From Octopus sinensis (taxonomy: Eukaryota): a DNA stretch of 64,000 bases. Location: the NCBI RefSeq assembly GCF_006345805.1, contig NC_042997.1, positions 60,946,001 through 61,010,000 on the forward strand, written 5' to 3'. This document shows positions 1 through 13,691 of the stretch, piece by piece (position 1 is the stretch's first letter; the number at the start of each line of letters is the position of its first letter). The position numbers and the translations under genes were made by a program. Below the pieces are notes generated by a model. That model was not told the DNA's origin and did not search any database. It was given only the letters and a program-made list of their open reading frames with translations.

Positions 1-299
1 ATATCTGTTAAAATGTGATGTCTGTTATTTTCATTTTTGCGTAATTTAGATGACAATATATTCACTGCACCTTGTATATATATTAATACTTTTTTTATAT
101 TATGTATAAAAACAATTTAATGTTAACCTGAAAGATACTCAATACTTTTTAATGGTGTACTTATTTATTAACTTTTACAACAAAACGGTTGACAGCAACT
201 TTGAAGTTTTGACATGCTCACTTTCATCAGACTATCAAACAAAGCAAACAAACTGAAACTACAAAGTTAGTGTCAACTTTTTCCCTGTGGAAATTAACA

Positions 300-450
300 T
301 CATCATCATCATCATCATCATCGTTTAGCGTCCGCTTTCCATGCTGGCATGGGTTGGACAGTGCAATTGGGGTCTGGGAAGCCAGAAGGCTGCACCAGGC
401 CCAGTCTGATCTGGCAATGTTTCTACGGCTGGATGCCCTTCAACACACAT
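300..450 (-). mobile_element. Short interspersed repeat with (GAT)n tail, probably RTE-mobilised; other copies at ~7795-7980, ~31190-31290, ~31490-31680 and ~58940-59050 (+)
   Basis: Motif catcatcgtttagcgtccgctttccatgctggcatgggttggac...ggatgcccttc recurs at these loci, and its reverse complement occurs at 58940-59050. Confidence 0.7.
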
Positions 451-2069
451 ATATATATATATACATATAGGTAAGCGTTCACACACACTTGCATACATAA
501 TTGTTTGTATGTGTATGTGTATATTTTGAGCATGTATGTGCATGTATTTATATAAACTATACAAGAGGTAGAAATAGAATAATTTCATAAGTGCCCTCGC
601 ACAAAACTCTAGCCTCTTGACTCATTTATGTAGCTTGTCAGCAAGTAACTGTCTACCCCTATGGTGAGTTGATATGTGTGCTCCAAATTATACAATACAA
701 TTGCTTATTCACAAATCAATGCAACTAAAGAAAATTAACTCATCAGATCAACAGAACATAGGTACATCAATGATTCAACTCTCGTTACCTTGCTTTGTAT
801 TGCATTCAACTCTATGTTACACTTCTCTTTACTGGATCACTATGTGGTCTGTTAGCTGAGTCCATTAGAAGAGCTCTCTGTGATAGCTGCATGATTCTCT
901 GAATCCATATTTTATATTATAAATTTTATATATTTGAATATATATATATATATAAACTATTTTCAGTCATAACATTGTTGGTTTCTAAGTGTGAATAAAT
1001 ATAGTTTATTAATTATTGATTTCTCTTAAAATGGAGGGAGAACTTAAACCATAACAGTAACAGTCTTAGACAGAACCCCAAAAAGAAAAAAAAACTTCTC
1101 ATTTGATGCATATAACCTAAAGTTTGTTCCATCTTATTCCATAGTGACAAGAACCATTTTTAATAGTTTTTTTTTTCATAATTAATTGAATAGCAGATAT
1201 TTTGTTTTATTCTGTTGTGCTAATAGATCAAAGTTTCTTTTCAATGCGCTAATTCTGTTTAAAATAAAATCTCTTAATTTTCTGTGTGACTATCGTTTTT
1301 TTCATTACTGTGATTTTAAATATTTCAAATTATTCAATATCTAGAAGCCAAGAGAATTATATTTCAGGGAAAGTGCCTGAAATACTTTTGACAAATTACC
1401 CATAAAAAATATATTCATATTTCCTATGTTTTTTTTAAAAATTCCAATTCAATAATGTTGTAAATTTAGCAAAAATAAAATGGTGAGCCTAAAATTCTAT
1501 TTATATTAACCTTTGGGGAATATAACACCAATAAAAATAAACCAAGGCTATATTGTCTTTTTTTACCATATAATTTATATTTGTTATTGAACATAATGCT
1601 AACATATATTTTGATGAAAGAGTTTACTGATACAGAATTTTTTTCCTTTATTCCACCCCTAAAGGAACTCAAATTGGACACATAAACAGCTGATTAAAAA
1701 AAATTGAAGTATATATTGTTCACATTTCTTTTTTTGGGATAAATTTAAATTCAATACATTTTTTTTTAACAAACTTAATAATAATATTTTAAAACAAAAA
1801 TGCAAAAGCTATTCAAGATATCACTAACACAGACAGAGCTGACTTAATACTTCTGCAAAATATAAATAAATAAAAAAATTATATTGTTTACGTACAAAAA
1901 CGAAACTAATAACTTGGAACCAAAATTATTTAAAAAAGACTCCAGCTTAATGTTATTTACATTAGAACTACATGCATAGGATTATTCCAGAATTAGTGCT
2001 AACTTTATTTCATGTAAGATAATACAGAATACTCCTAGAACCAATACAAAAATATACAATACACAGCTT

Positions 2070-2420
2070 TTAACTAATTAAACAATGAAATCTGATATAA
2101 TGATGATGGACTCTTCCATTGAAGACAACATATGAATGTCCAGTTTTTGCACAAATGATTTGTTTATAGTGACCTGCACAAAAGATTTGTTAATAGTGAT
2201 CAAAATGCTCATTCTGCACATTAGCTCACTCTCTCCATCAAACTGACATTTTCTGAACAGGTGCACTGTGTATCACATGTCAGGTATCAAAGTGATTGCA
2301 GAGCAATGCAAGATGAAATGTTTTGCTCAAGAACACAACACACCACTCGATCTTGGAATTGAGATCACAATTGCTAGATTGTGAGTGCAACACCCTAACC
2401 AAAAGGCCATGTGTTCTTGT
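2070..2420 (-). mobile_element. tRNA-headed SINE (same family as 62432-62740)
   Basis: The reverse complement aligns by eye to 62432-62740 (ggttagggtgttgcactcacaa...gttcttgagcaaaacatttcat). Confidence 0.6.
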
Positions 2421-2423
2421 TAA

Positions 2424-2640
2424 TAATAATAATCTTTTCTACTATAGCCACAAGGCCTTAAATTTGGGGGATGGAGCTAGTTGATTACATCAACTGGTAC
2501 TTATTTCATTGACCCCAAAAGGAATAAAGGCAAAGTCGACCTTGGTAGAATTTGAACTCAGAATGTAGAGACAGATGAAATGCTACTTAGCATTTTGTCT
2601 GGCATGCCAACAACTCTGCACAATTTATCAAATTGGCTTA
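2424..2640 (-). mobile_element. ~230-bp tRNA-headed SINE with (ATT)n tail (family B)
   Basis: Reverse complement of the 27641-27870 copy; shares the core gactttgcctttcatcctttcggggtcaataaa. Confidence 0.7.
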
Positions 2641-3799
2641 AATCCACATATGTGAAGAAGTGCAACAATATAGTTAGTTTCATTGATTGTAGTACAATTT
2701 TTAGTACACAGACTCTAGTTTCCTTTATTGATGAAAGAGAAATGAAGAGAAGTCAATTTCAGTAGGAAAGTTTTACAACTTAGAATTTCTGCAGTTCTTG
2801 GGACACTCACTATAAAATAAGTGTTTAAAGGTACTCATTCTTTCAAATAACACTAATCTTCCACAAAAAAAAATGTAGTATCTAAAAATTAAAGCTGTTG
2901 TATAATGCTAATGCCCACAGAAGAGACAAACATTGCAAGTTACCATTCACATCATTGAGACTAGACAAAGAAAAAAATTATCATGTTCATGATAATCTTC
3001 AACTAAAAACTAAAATTTCTTTTATACATATGCATAAAGTGGTTATTCAAAGTTGCATGAATTGCTTATAACTGTTATAAATGTGAAAAATGACCTATGA
3101 CTGTGTGACATGAGATACATCAAATTACATTAACAAATGCAGATGCCAAGAATGCAATCATTAAAACAAAAATCCATTTTGCTATTTTCATATAATATCT
3201 GTACTTTGCCAGTAATTCTCATAGCAAGTAAAGTATTTATTTTCAGCAACAATACTTTCCATGCAGTTTCCTTTTATCTCTAGTAAGACATCTGAAAGTA
3301 ACTTCTATCTCATAATATATAAAGCCAAGGATTAACCAGTTAAGTTACACATGTCATGTGCTGAATAATGTTTTCCTAACCATATTTTAAGTAAAGTCAG
3401 TGAAAAAATAAATTCAAATTTAATATTTAATATTTTGAGTACATTTCCAAATAATGATTTTTGTTTTTACAGTGGTACAGAACCACAAATATATGGAGAG
3501 GTATTTGTCAACTGGACTTATTCCAAGAAAATTTCAATATTTATTTAATATTTTATTGAACCCAGACTAGTAAAAAGCATAACCTGCCAATCACCAGTGA
3601 AAATAAAATAAAATAAATAAATAAATAAATAAATAAAATGATGTCTAAATTTAAAAAGAAGATATAAGAAAAATTCCTTTTGGATTTCAATGAGCAAAAT
3701 TTTCCTATTACAACTCATGAAGATGATCTGATATTTTACCATCTATATATTAACACAAGGCTTGGTCATAACTACCCAAGGCTTGGTCATCATGCCATG

Positions 3800-4080
3800 C
3801 ATCCTCTACAGAAATCATGATCTCAACACATAACAACACTAAGACAGAACTACTTCTCAACTGGACCTGCATTTGTAACATCATTCCAAAACATTTAAAG
3901 GAGGAAAGAGATTTCATAACCTTCAAAACATTCCAGGATGAATATCTCCAACAAATTCCAGATAAACCACTTACACCCGGATATACTGATGCAAATGTGC
4001 AGAGGCAATACATCCCAAATTAAAAGACGTCATTGTGGGTATCCACCTACACTCTGTAGAGGATCAATAGTTGTTGAAGA
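3800..4080 (+). mobile_element. CR1-type LINE 3' fragment
   Basis: ORF 3817-4023 reads NIIPKHLKEERDFITFKTFQDEYLQQIPDKPLTPGY, resembling the C-terminus of CR1 ORF2. Confidence 0.55.
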
Positions 4081-4119
4081 ATGAAGTATTTTCTGACTTT
4101 GAAGAGAATATCTTTTATC

Positions 4120-4505
4120 TTTTACTTATTTCAGTCATTAGTCTGCAGTCACACAGAAGCACCACCTTGAAGAATTTAAGTGAACAAATTGATTCCGATA
4201 CTTATTTTGAAGTCTGATACTTAGTCTGTCAATCTCTTTTGCCAATCTGCTAGGTTATGCAATAAGGTAAAAAAAGTAATGAATGTCAGTTGTCAAGCAA
4301 TGGTAGAGGACAAACAGAATGATAGATGCATATGTATACACATATGCACATACATACACACACACACACACACATGAAAGTCTTCCATATAGTTTCTGCC
4401 GATGAAATTCCCTCACAAAGCATTGGTCACCTAGGTTATAGTCCGATGCACCATGCAGCGGGACTGAAACCAAAACCATGTGATTGCAAAGTGAGCATCT
4501 TGACT
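4120..4505 (-). mobile_element. Long tRNA-headed SINE with internal (CA)n (family A), degenerate
   Basis: Reverse complement of the 15728-16144 copy (tttcagtcatt...gcagcgggactgaaaccaaaaccatgtg). Confidence 0.55.
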
Positions 4506-4506
4506 A

Positions 4507-4722
4507 CAAGAGGGCGCTGAAAAGTTCCTGGGTTTGGGTAAAAGAAAATACAGGAGGATCAGTTAACTATGATTTTATTCAACATATTTCCTTCTCAGAG
4601 TCACACACTTATTGCAGCAGTCCTTCAGTTTTTCTAAGCCCTGTAAAAGAACCAGGAATGTTGAGCCTCCAACAAGGCCTTTTGTAATGCCTTTAAAGCC
4701 AGGAACTTTTCAGCACCCCTCA
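4507..4722. mobile_element. Mariner-type MITE, ~216 bp
   Basis: TIRs caagagggcgctgaaaagttcctgg / ccaggaacttttcagcacccctca with TA on both sides; an inverted copy lies at 17087-17303. Confidence 0.8.
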
Positions 4723-5102
4723 TACATTCCCATGCCTGCAATTTAAATAATATTTTTTTTTACTTGATTTCTTTTTTAGTGTTATTTGTGTGATATTTGT
4801 GATACTTCCATGTGTGTTATTTATGATTTAATTAATATCTAAATCAAGTCCTCAGATCTTCCGCGATGCAGAATAAATAGGTGTTCTTGTGTTTTACTTT
4901 CTGTTTCTCATATTTTAGTGAGTAATCAGTACATGACACGACAATTTTAGAAAGGAATCTAAGTTGCATGGTATTTTTTAAATACACTATCCTTTTCTAC
5001 AGGTTTGCTTATTTTGGTAAAGTTGAACATCAGTATCTTGTAGGAGCAATTTGTTTTATACTTAGAGACCATTCTTACAGCTTATAACTTAACTTTGAAA
5101 TA

Positions 5103-6620
5103 CACTGAACCACAAAAGAAATGCGATACATGTGTGACTGTGAAATATGTTTTAATTTCATTATGTCAGAGATAAATTTTGATAAATCTGATAAAGTCAG
5201 TTTCTTGGATGCTCTTTGACCATAGTCTATGGGTCATTATCATGTGTTCTGGTAGTGGGCAGATCCAGCACATCAAGACCGTTGAGTGTGACATATTCAA
5301 TACCATGTGTACCCTCTCTGGGTGTTCAAAATGGCCATACACCGTCGGTACATGGAGTGCATAAGGTAGTTCACAAAAGCCATTGGCACCTGTGCCCACA
5401 CCCTAAGGAAAGCTACCTCCAGTTCCACACAAGTTGTCTGTGTTGGGACCACCTGGTTCAGCTATCTCTGGATTTCATCCCACGGGTATTCAATTGGGTT
5501 TATGTCCAGACTGAGAGCTGGCCATGGCATGGTTCTGATACTGTGCTGATGCAGGAGGTCCATGGTGACACTGACCATGTGGGAGGGAGCATTGTCCTGC
5601 TGGAACACATGGCCATGGTGATGCGCAAAGAAGGGTACGATGTGGGGTCTTAAGATCTGTTCAATGTAGTACTGAGCTGTGATGCCATTCCTTCTGCCTG
5701 CACCAACATTTTGGAACTAGCATTTTGGAATTGATTCAGGCATATAGCATCCCAAACCATGATGCTTTGGCCACTCCACACATCTCTCTCCATGACACAT
5801 GCATCTCTGTAGCGTTCACCCCTCCTATACCACATCCTTACTCTGCCATCTGAGGTGGAAACGCAGTACTGTCTCTCATCAGAGAAGACTATCGACCTCG
5901 ATTGATGATGCTGCCAATGCCCCTGTAGTCATGCCTGATGGTGGAGGGTGGTGAAGACAGGCCCTCGAGCAGGATGATGGCAATGCAGGTTGTTGGTGGC
6001 CTGTTGTCATACCCTGTTGTCACTGATGGGTCGCTGTCCAGTGCTAATGGTTTCACGAGTTGTCACACTGGCCGGCCTGAAGCGATCACAGAGGTATTGC
6101 AGTAGGATGAAGTGATCCTGCCTGGGCATGGTCACCCAGGGGTGCTCTATGTGGGCATGGTCTGCAGTGCTGTTGGTGTTGTTGTATTGCTGTTGCAGGT
6201 GATAGATGGTGCTGACATGGACATTGTAAGCTTTCACAACAACCAGGGTATACTGCCCTACTTGCAATTGGCTGATTGCTTGTTCTCTCTGTACTGCTGA
6301 CAATCAGATCATACCTGATGCGTCCAAATTAGAAATGCCAGAAATGCAGTTCAAATTGATTTTTATACCCATAACCTCCATGAGATGCACATACATTTCG
6401 GTTTTCAAGACAATGGTTTGCAACTGCCACTCACGGCATTCAACGTAGCTGCATTTTGGTGTCTTGCTCAGGGAAAGTTGAAAGGTTACCTGCAATTTAG
6501 ATCTCAGCCATAAACCAGCATATCTTGGAATATTTACACCTACATCACCGGAATAAATTTTCAAAACTTACCATTTAAAAATAACATTTGAAAAAATCAT
6601 GTTTCTTTTGCAGTTCAGTG
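5103..6620 (-). mobile_element. Tc1-family DNA transposon (DD34E), full length, transposase frameshifted
   Basis: TIRs cactgaac..caaaagaaa with TA TSDs. The minus strand gives an HTH (QREQAISQLQVG), a DGRVRMWYRRGERY segment, and FQQDNAPSH...WPALSLDINPIEYPW. Confidence 0.9.
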
Positions 6621-7079
6621 TAATGTACCAAGAATGAAACTCAGGATAATCTAATCAGTAATCCAGACTTTAGCATCACAATCCCTGTCCCTGATGCTTA
6701 TTGCTAAAAATATTATTTTTACAAATGTCATTGTAGGGTAACCTGGGTAAGTGTCTTGTACTTGGGTAAATGTTTTGTACAGATTGATGCCATGTGAAAG
6801 GAATTTAGTAAACAGAAACCATTTTGAAGCCCATTGTATAGGTGTGTGTGGTGGGAGCATGCACGTGCCTATGTATGTATACCAGTGTAAAAAGGGGTGT
6901 TGATCTGCATTACTTTACATTAAAAACTAACTTGGCCATGACACACATAGGCTGATAAAATAAGTATCACATTTTAATAAACACATTGTACTAAAAGTCT
7001 GTAAAGGTGATGCTCCCAGTATAAGCTACCATACAAAAACTAAAACCAGCAAAAGGAAATATAAAAGTTCAGAAAGCTT

Positions 7080-7470
7080 CTATCCCTACTGGTGACAAAG
7101 GGTCTCTAGCTCAGAGTGAAAGGTAGATTGTATGATGCATGTGTGCGAACTGTCATGCTTCACAGCAGTGAAACATGGTCTGTGACTGCTGAAGACATGT
7201 GTAGGATCAAAAGAAAGGAAGCTAGCATGATCCACTGGATGTGTAATGTCAGTGTGCACACACGACAGAGTGTAAGTGCCCTGAGAGAAAAGTTAGACAT
7301 AAGAAACATCGGATGTGGCGTGCAAGGGAGATGTTTGCATTGGTATTGCAGATGGACGAGAAGAGCTGTGTGAAGAAGTGCCACTTTCAAACAGTGTAAG
7401 GAATCCAGAGTAAGGAACCCAGGAAGACATAGGATGAGGTGATGAAGTATGACCTTCAAACGCTAATATA
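7080..7470 (+). mobile_element. RTE-type LINE 3' fragment
   Basis: ORF 7116-7373 KGRLYDACVRTVMLHSSETW...LREKLDIRNI matches the post-RT region of RTE elements. Confidence 0.75.
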
Positions 7471-7551
7471 GGATACAATTTTTTCTTTCAAAAAAATTTT
7501 ATCAATGGCCAGCATATTAAAAACTTACCTTTAAAGGTTAAATTTATAAAC

Positions 7552-7788
7552 AACTTATAAACAAGGGCAAAAGAAAAAAATTCTAATGCCAAATATGCAT
7601 AAATAGACTTAATCATCAATAACCATATAATTTATCATCAATAACCATATAATTTATCACTATAGACTTAATTGTCAATAACCATATAATTTATCACTAT
7701 AGTGATAAATTATATGGTTATTGACAATTAAGTCTATTTGTGTATATTTGGCATTAGAAATTTTTTCTTTTGCCCTTGTTTATAAGTT
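7552..7788. repeat. Fold-back palindrome with internal tandem duplications
   Basis: Centre cacta|tagtg at 7699/7700; arms aacttataaacaagggcaaaag... / ...cttttgcccttgtttataagtt. Confidence 0.9.
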
Positions 7789-10700
7789 ATATATCATCAT
7801 CATCATCATCATCGTTCCGCTTTCCATACTAGCATGGGTTGGACGGTTCAACTAGGGTCTGGGGAGCCCGAAGGCCGCACCAGGCCAGTCAGATCTGGCA
7901 GTGTTTCTACAGCTGGATGCCCTTCCTAACGCCAACCACTCTGAGAGTGTAGTGGGTGATTTTATGTGCCACCGACACAGATATATATATATACATATAC
8001 ATAAGTATATATATATATATATATAGTCTGAGACTATAGTAGAAGAAACTGGAACTATGTGGTTGGAAAGCAAACTTCTTACCACACAGCCATGCTTGCA
8101 CCTATATATACACACTCACACACACACACACAAACACCTCTCATAAAGTTAACGTTATATATATTGAGTAAAATACCTTTAACTTGATGGAGGTTAACAA
8201 GGTGAATAGTCACTGACATATTTAGATGTCTTACAGAGTTACTTGTAAATGTTTCATATTTTCTACATGTTGTATATCCATTCTTCCAACTTGTTTAATT
8301 CACATAGATATTAAGTCACAGCACTGACTACCTGTTGAATTATTGTGCACTCTGAGAGATTAAATATCTCCCTAAGCACTTAAATAATGTTCAATCTTTA
8401 AAGTTAATGTAAATACCTAACATTTAACATATTCCATATTAAAAAAAATTAAAGAAAGCAAACAAATAATAAAGTTATATCTAAAATCTATAATTATTAT
8501 GTCTCTTCTTATTACTCTATAGCCTCTTGCACATGTCTTTATGTAAGACATTTTCTCCAGTATTTTCTCCTGTATCTCTAGTCATGGTTTTCCAATAACA
8601 CAAGTTTAAATAAACTTTAAATTGCTATGCACACTATCACATTTTCCTTGTAACATATAAAAAGCTAATAATATAAAATATATGATCTACTATAAGGTGT
8701 CTTACACCAAAACGCCTTATGTTGTATTAAAAATTATCTTGCAAATGAATGTTTAAGATAATTTAAGTATAAACAATTGTTTTGAATATTTGTATTTTGA
8801 ATTATAAATCAAAGTCAAAAACTATTCTTGTAAAAGGTTATTAACAATAGTTCAAAGAAGTAACAATCAGTTTTGCATAGTGATAAACAGTAAATAGTTA
8901 AACAGTAAATTGCCATCTTTCATATCTTTAAAACTCACAATTTAATGTAAAAAGAGCCTATTTTCCCTTCAAATGCTAAATCTTCTGAAACAAAAAAAAA
9001 TCAAGGAAAAACTTAATACATTATTGAAATATTCTCTCTCTTTCTCTCTCTCACACACACACACAATTCTACTACTGCAGTCATTGGCTTGTAGCCATGC
9101 TGGGACACAATCTTCAAAGGTTTTCAATCAATCATATTGACCCCACTGCTTATTTCATTTTGGTAGCTAAACAATCTTTATTCATCAAATAGCTCAGTTA
9201 CCTTTAGGTGTAAAAGCGTCTAACTCAAAACATCAATTAACACCAGTACACACAACATAAACACACACACACACACACAGAGTATGCAACTGATACTTCT
9301 TGATAATAAATTTTAGGCCTATTGTTTTGTGGCTCAAACCTTGCTAGATTAATATATATTTGCAATCTGATTCTCTCCATTTTATGACTTTTTTTAAAAC
9401 ACTGGTAAAAATAATAAATATATTGAGTATATAAATACATCTGTTAATAGTACTATAAAGTAATTTTTTGTTACTGAAGCTGAACATATTATTTAGCAGT
9501 TGATTTCATTTCATGTTATAGCTGAATTAATATTAGACCAATCCAATATAAAAATACAGAGACGAAAATATGAACAGATGCACATATACATAAATATATT
9601 CATGTACATGTGCATATGCACACACACACACATGTTATTTAATATCGCTTGGCAATGTTTCAGTGAGCTATGTTGGGGCAGAACCCAAAGTAAATTTATT
9701 CTTTTACACTGTCAAATCTAACAAGTAATGATAAATATGGAATTGTTGCAAAGAGTTTATCTGCAGGCTGACTGAATGTCAGGAGGCTTTGATAAAATGT
9801 TACCTATAGGCTCTGGATCATAACTGCAAAGTTGGTATTTTGATGAGAGAGAAGTGAACAGGATTAACTTCAGGGTTGTATCTACATTCCACTATATTAA
9901 TTTCATATCCAAAACAAAATTTCACCATAGCTAGGAGTTAGTGGTAATATTTATTAACAGAAATAAGGGGATTTTAGCACAGGCAAATTAAACTAAAACT
10001 TCCATATATCAAAGTATTAGTATTGATTCAAGAATCACAGTAAAAATATATATTACATTTGAGGTGAATTGCAGAATTAAACTGAAAATATGACAAATTA
10101 CCATAAATTATTCTCAGGACACAGTCTTTTATTGTGTTACCTATGTAATCGAAGCAATTAGCTAACAATATTGCTGATATAATTCCTCATGCAAACTGTT
10201 TAAATCTGTTACATTCTACTTGAATAAGATAACCCAAGCTAGTTTTTATCTTTGTGTATGAAGGTGTATTTCACAAATGATAAACAATTACAAAAATTAT
10301 AAAGTAGAAGCCTATTATAATTATAAAGTAGAAGCATCTCTTGTCATATTTTAGATAGCTAAGGTTTTTATTTTTTGTTCCTTTATAATTCAATATGAAA
10401 ATATAGACTTAAAAATAATGCAATTGAGATATAATGGCTTAGAATATTATTCATTAAATATCCATGTATGTAAACATATACATGGAAACAGAATATTATT
10501 ATTAACTTTGATTTCAAATGAAAATATATTCGTCTGAATAGTATAGTTTGCATGAAACATTCTCTGATATATATAAATGTTTTTTATAGAGCAACTTCTC
10601 TGTAGTATAGGGTTAGCTTACAACACCATTTCTCCACATATTTCCTGGAAAAGTGGATCCTAACCCTGAAATATTGAAATATAAGGTAAAAGTACAAACC

Positions 10701-10974
10701 ATTAACCTGTATTATTTCTTATAACTTGCATTGTTTAGACTTTATAAAGAAAGAAAAATTAATTAAAATCATTTACATTCATCTAAATATTGGAAATGCC
10801 TTTGATACCTTTACCATATGTAAAAAAAAATAATACATTGTAGTGACAAAAAATATCGAAAAATATAATTCACAGCTGTTAGAAACAGATGTTACTCATG
10901 TACTAATATATGTCTATAAACAATAGTTTGAAAGATCATATTGGTTAATATATCTAATTGAGGGGGGTGGGGAA

Positions 10975-11035
10975 GAAGAAGAAGAAGAAGAAGAAGAAGA
11001 AGAAGAAGAAAGAAGAAGAAGAAGAAGAAGAAGAA
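10975..11035. repeat. (AAG)n microsatellite
   Basis: Direct reading. Confidence 0.95.
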
Positions 11036-11339
11036 AACTGCAGCAGTAGCCTAACGTGAAGACGATATTGAGTGTGAGGAGTCAATAGTCTCAATTAAAT
11101 GAATACTGAAACTATAAGAATTAAGTCATAGTTATATCAAGCATATATTATTCTGGTTAAGATTTGTAGTAATATTTAAACAAAATAAATATGATAAAGT
11201 CAAAGAATACTTTATAGTAATTTTCTAAAAAACAAAACTTAGTTGAGCTATATTGGTAAATCAGTAAAAGTTGAAGCCAGTAATATACAGAATGGGCCAA
11301 AAGTCAAGCACCAAAACAGTTGACATTTCATTTATATTA

Positions 11340-11435
11340 CTTTATTATTATTATATTATTATTATTATATTATTATTATTATTATTATCATCATTTTTAT
11401 TATTGTTGTTGTTATTGTTGTTGTTGTCATTATTT
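11340..11435. repeat. (ATT)n/(GTT)n microsatellite
   Basis: Direct reading. Confidence 0.9.
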
Positions 11436-12040
11436 ATTTTGTTCATCATGTGCAAGTACGTGTGTATTCATCATTATTTTATTTATTTCATTCGATGTAA
11501 GAAAAATTGAAGCATGTCTTTGACAATTCCTGAGTGTAATGAACTTATTTTGTGCATGACTTTTCGCCCACCCTTTATAAATAAGGAAAAAATAATAATA
11601 AAACAATAATTGCATGATGCTAATAATAAGAGGTATAAGTTGGATCCAGTGTGTAGATTTCCTTTCTAACCTCAACATTTATATACTTTTATATTGTATT
11701 GATAAGATGTACTAGAAGTAATGTGAAAACTACTTTAAAGCCTTGAAAATATACCATGTTCAAATACATGGATTTTAGTTTTGAAATACTTCATGTACAA
11801 ACCAGGTATGTTGTTATTACACGTCTCATGTAATTTCTAAAGAAAAAAACTTCACATAACTGTTAATCATGTGTCTATTGTTTTTATTTCTTTTTGTAAA
11901 AAAACAAAAACTTAAAATTATAAATCAGTATACAACATAACACTAACAGAAAATTAACCATAAAAATAAACAAAATATAAGAAAACAGTATTCAAATAAA
12001 ATGTGTTCAACATCACCATTTGTTCACATTTTTCTCTTAC

Positions 12041-12240
12041 TTTGGAGGTGGTGGTATATTATCTGCACTATCAGTTAATCCTATGACTCCACTGTTCCGA
12101 TGGACATGGAAATTTCGATAAGACCTTTCTCTCATAGGAAGAACCCGTGAATGGACATAATAGCGATGATGTAGCCAAATATTTGTCATCTCTTTCTGAT
12201 CTCTCTGGTAGTACAACCCGATATACATTGAATTGATAAT
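12041..12240 (-). CDS. Candidate internal coding exon, unidentified protein (IINSMYIGLYYQRDQKEMTNIWLHHRYYVHSRVLPMRERSYRNFHVHRNSGVIGLTDSADNIPPPP)
   Basis: Open frame bounded by acag| and AA|gtaag, with non-repetitive composition; phase 0 start fits the upstream candidate exon. Confidence 0.55.
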
Positions 12241-12352
12241 CTGTCACAAATGTTGACACTAGAGTTGTGGTAGCATTTCTCTACTTACTCCCTCTGCTAC
12301 TGCTGATGAAATTCTCCACATACAGTGAGCGACATCAACTTTAATCAGTTAC

Positions 12353-12435
12353 CAGGTAATAAAGGGGAAATATCATTGAGTTGTTATGTAGAGTGGTTAG
12401 TTGAAGAAGAAAAAAAGTACTGAGCTTTGTATTAT
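12353..12435 (-). CDS. Candidate internal coding exon (D-NTKLSTFFLLQLTTLHNNSMIFPLYYL)
   Basis: Acceptor ttccatgtaatttag|, donor CTG|gtaact; 83 nt, phase 1 to phase 0, compatible with both neighbours. Confidence 0.45.
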
Positions 12436-12817
12436 CTAAATTACATGGAAAATAAATAAGCATAGAGAAATAATTGCATCCAACAAAACCATTTTATGAA
12501 AAGAAAAAAGAGAAATTTTTTATGGCTACTTTCATCAACAAAAGAATAGCTAATATTAAATTAGTATATTAGGTATGATGGAAAGGAAATAGTTTACATT
12601 CTAAGATATATTTGATTTATTTATAGAGTTATTAAAATTCAAACATATCTACAATAATAAATATTATATTATTTTTTAACCTATATTTCAGCTTTTTATA
12701 TTACCTTTACATATTTTAGAATGTCTTATAAATAACAAAAAATATAATTTCATAAAACTGAATTGTTTAGACATGGTATTTAAGGAGATAAGTTCAATTA
12801 ATCATTTTAGATGTTAC

Positions 12818-12938
12818 CTGGACAAAATGTAAGATGCAGAACATTAAATGTCAGAGAATATTTAAGTTTAGCAAATAATTGGATTACATGTAAAAAGGCA
12901 GAGTAGTTGGGTAAAGAATAATAAGAAAAAAGATGAGG
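12818..12938 (-). CDS. Candidate internal coding exon (PHLFSYYSLPNYSAFLHVIQLFAKLKYSLTFNVLHLTFCP)
   Basis: Strong acceptor ctcttcatttcag|, donor CAG|gtaaca; 121 nt open, ends in phase 1. Confidence 0.45.
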
Positions 12939-13339
12939 CTGAAATGAAGAGAAAATACAGAGAGGAAGAGAGAGAGAAAAAGACAAAGACACTGAGACAC
13001 AGAGAAAGTTGATTGATTGGCTACTGCAAATTTCATACTATAAATACACTTAGAGAATAATTTACTACTATACAACAATTGCAATGAAGTGATAATAATT
13101 GCAGGCATGAACAACATGAATAAAAATAAACATATACATGAAATTCGTGATGTATGAAACTTAAATTTAGTGACTTGCAGTGAAGTTTTGTCAACTTGAA
13201 ATTCATAAGCTTTAACACAAAACATATTTCACAATCTTCTTTTCTATTTCAAACCAACTCTTCTATTCTGTTATATATTCTAATAAATTAGTCCAAGAAG
13301 AAGAGAGAGATATTGCCAATGTATTTGTGTGTGTGAGTA

Positions 13340-13361
13340 TATATATGTATATATATATATC

Positions 13362-13394
<33 letters not shown>

Positions 13395-13431
13395 TATATA
13401 TATATAATATATTATATATATATATTATATA

Positions 13432-13464
<33 letters not shown>

Positions 13465-13540
13465 GATATATATATATATATATATATATATAATAATATA
13501 TATATATATATATATATATCTATATATATAATATATATAT

Positions 13541-13589
<49 letters not shown>

Positions 13590-13640
13590 TATATATAATA
13601 TATATATATGGACACTTAGATGGCATACGCACATACACAC

Positions 13641-13691
<51 letters not shown>

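Noticed and set aside
785-905. Exon-like segment with a GCAAG|gtaac donor
   Set aside because: All three frames contain stops between the acceptor and that donor.
10622-10665. 44-nt open exon with an excellent acceptor, in phase with the 12041 exon
   Set aside because: The acceptor and body are homologous to the 29481-29790 inverted-repeat element, so it is probably repeat-derived. It is not counted as a host exon without RNA evidence.
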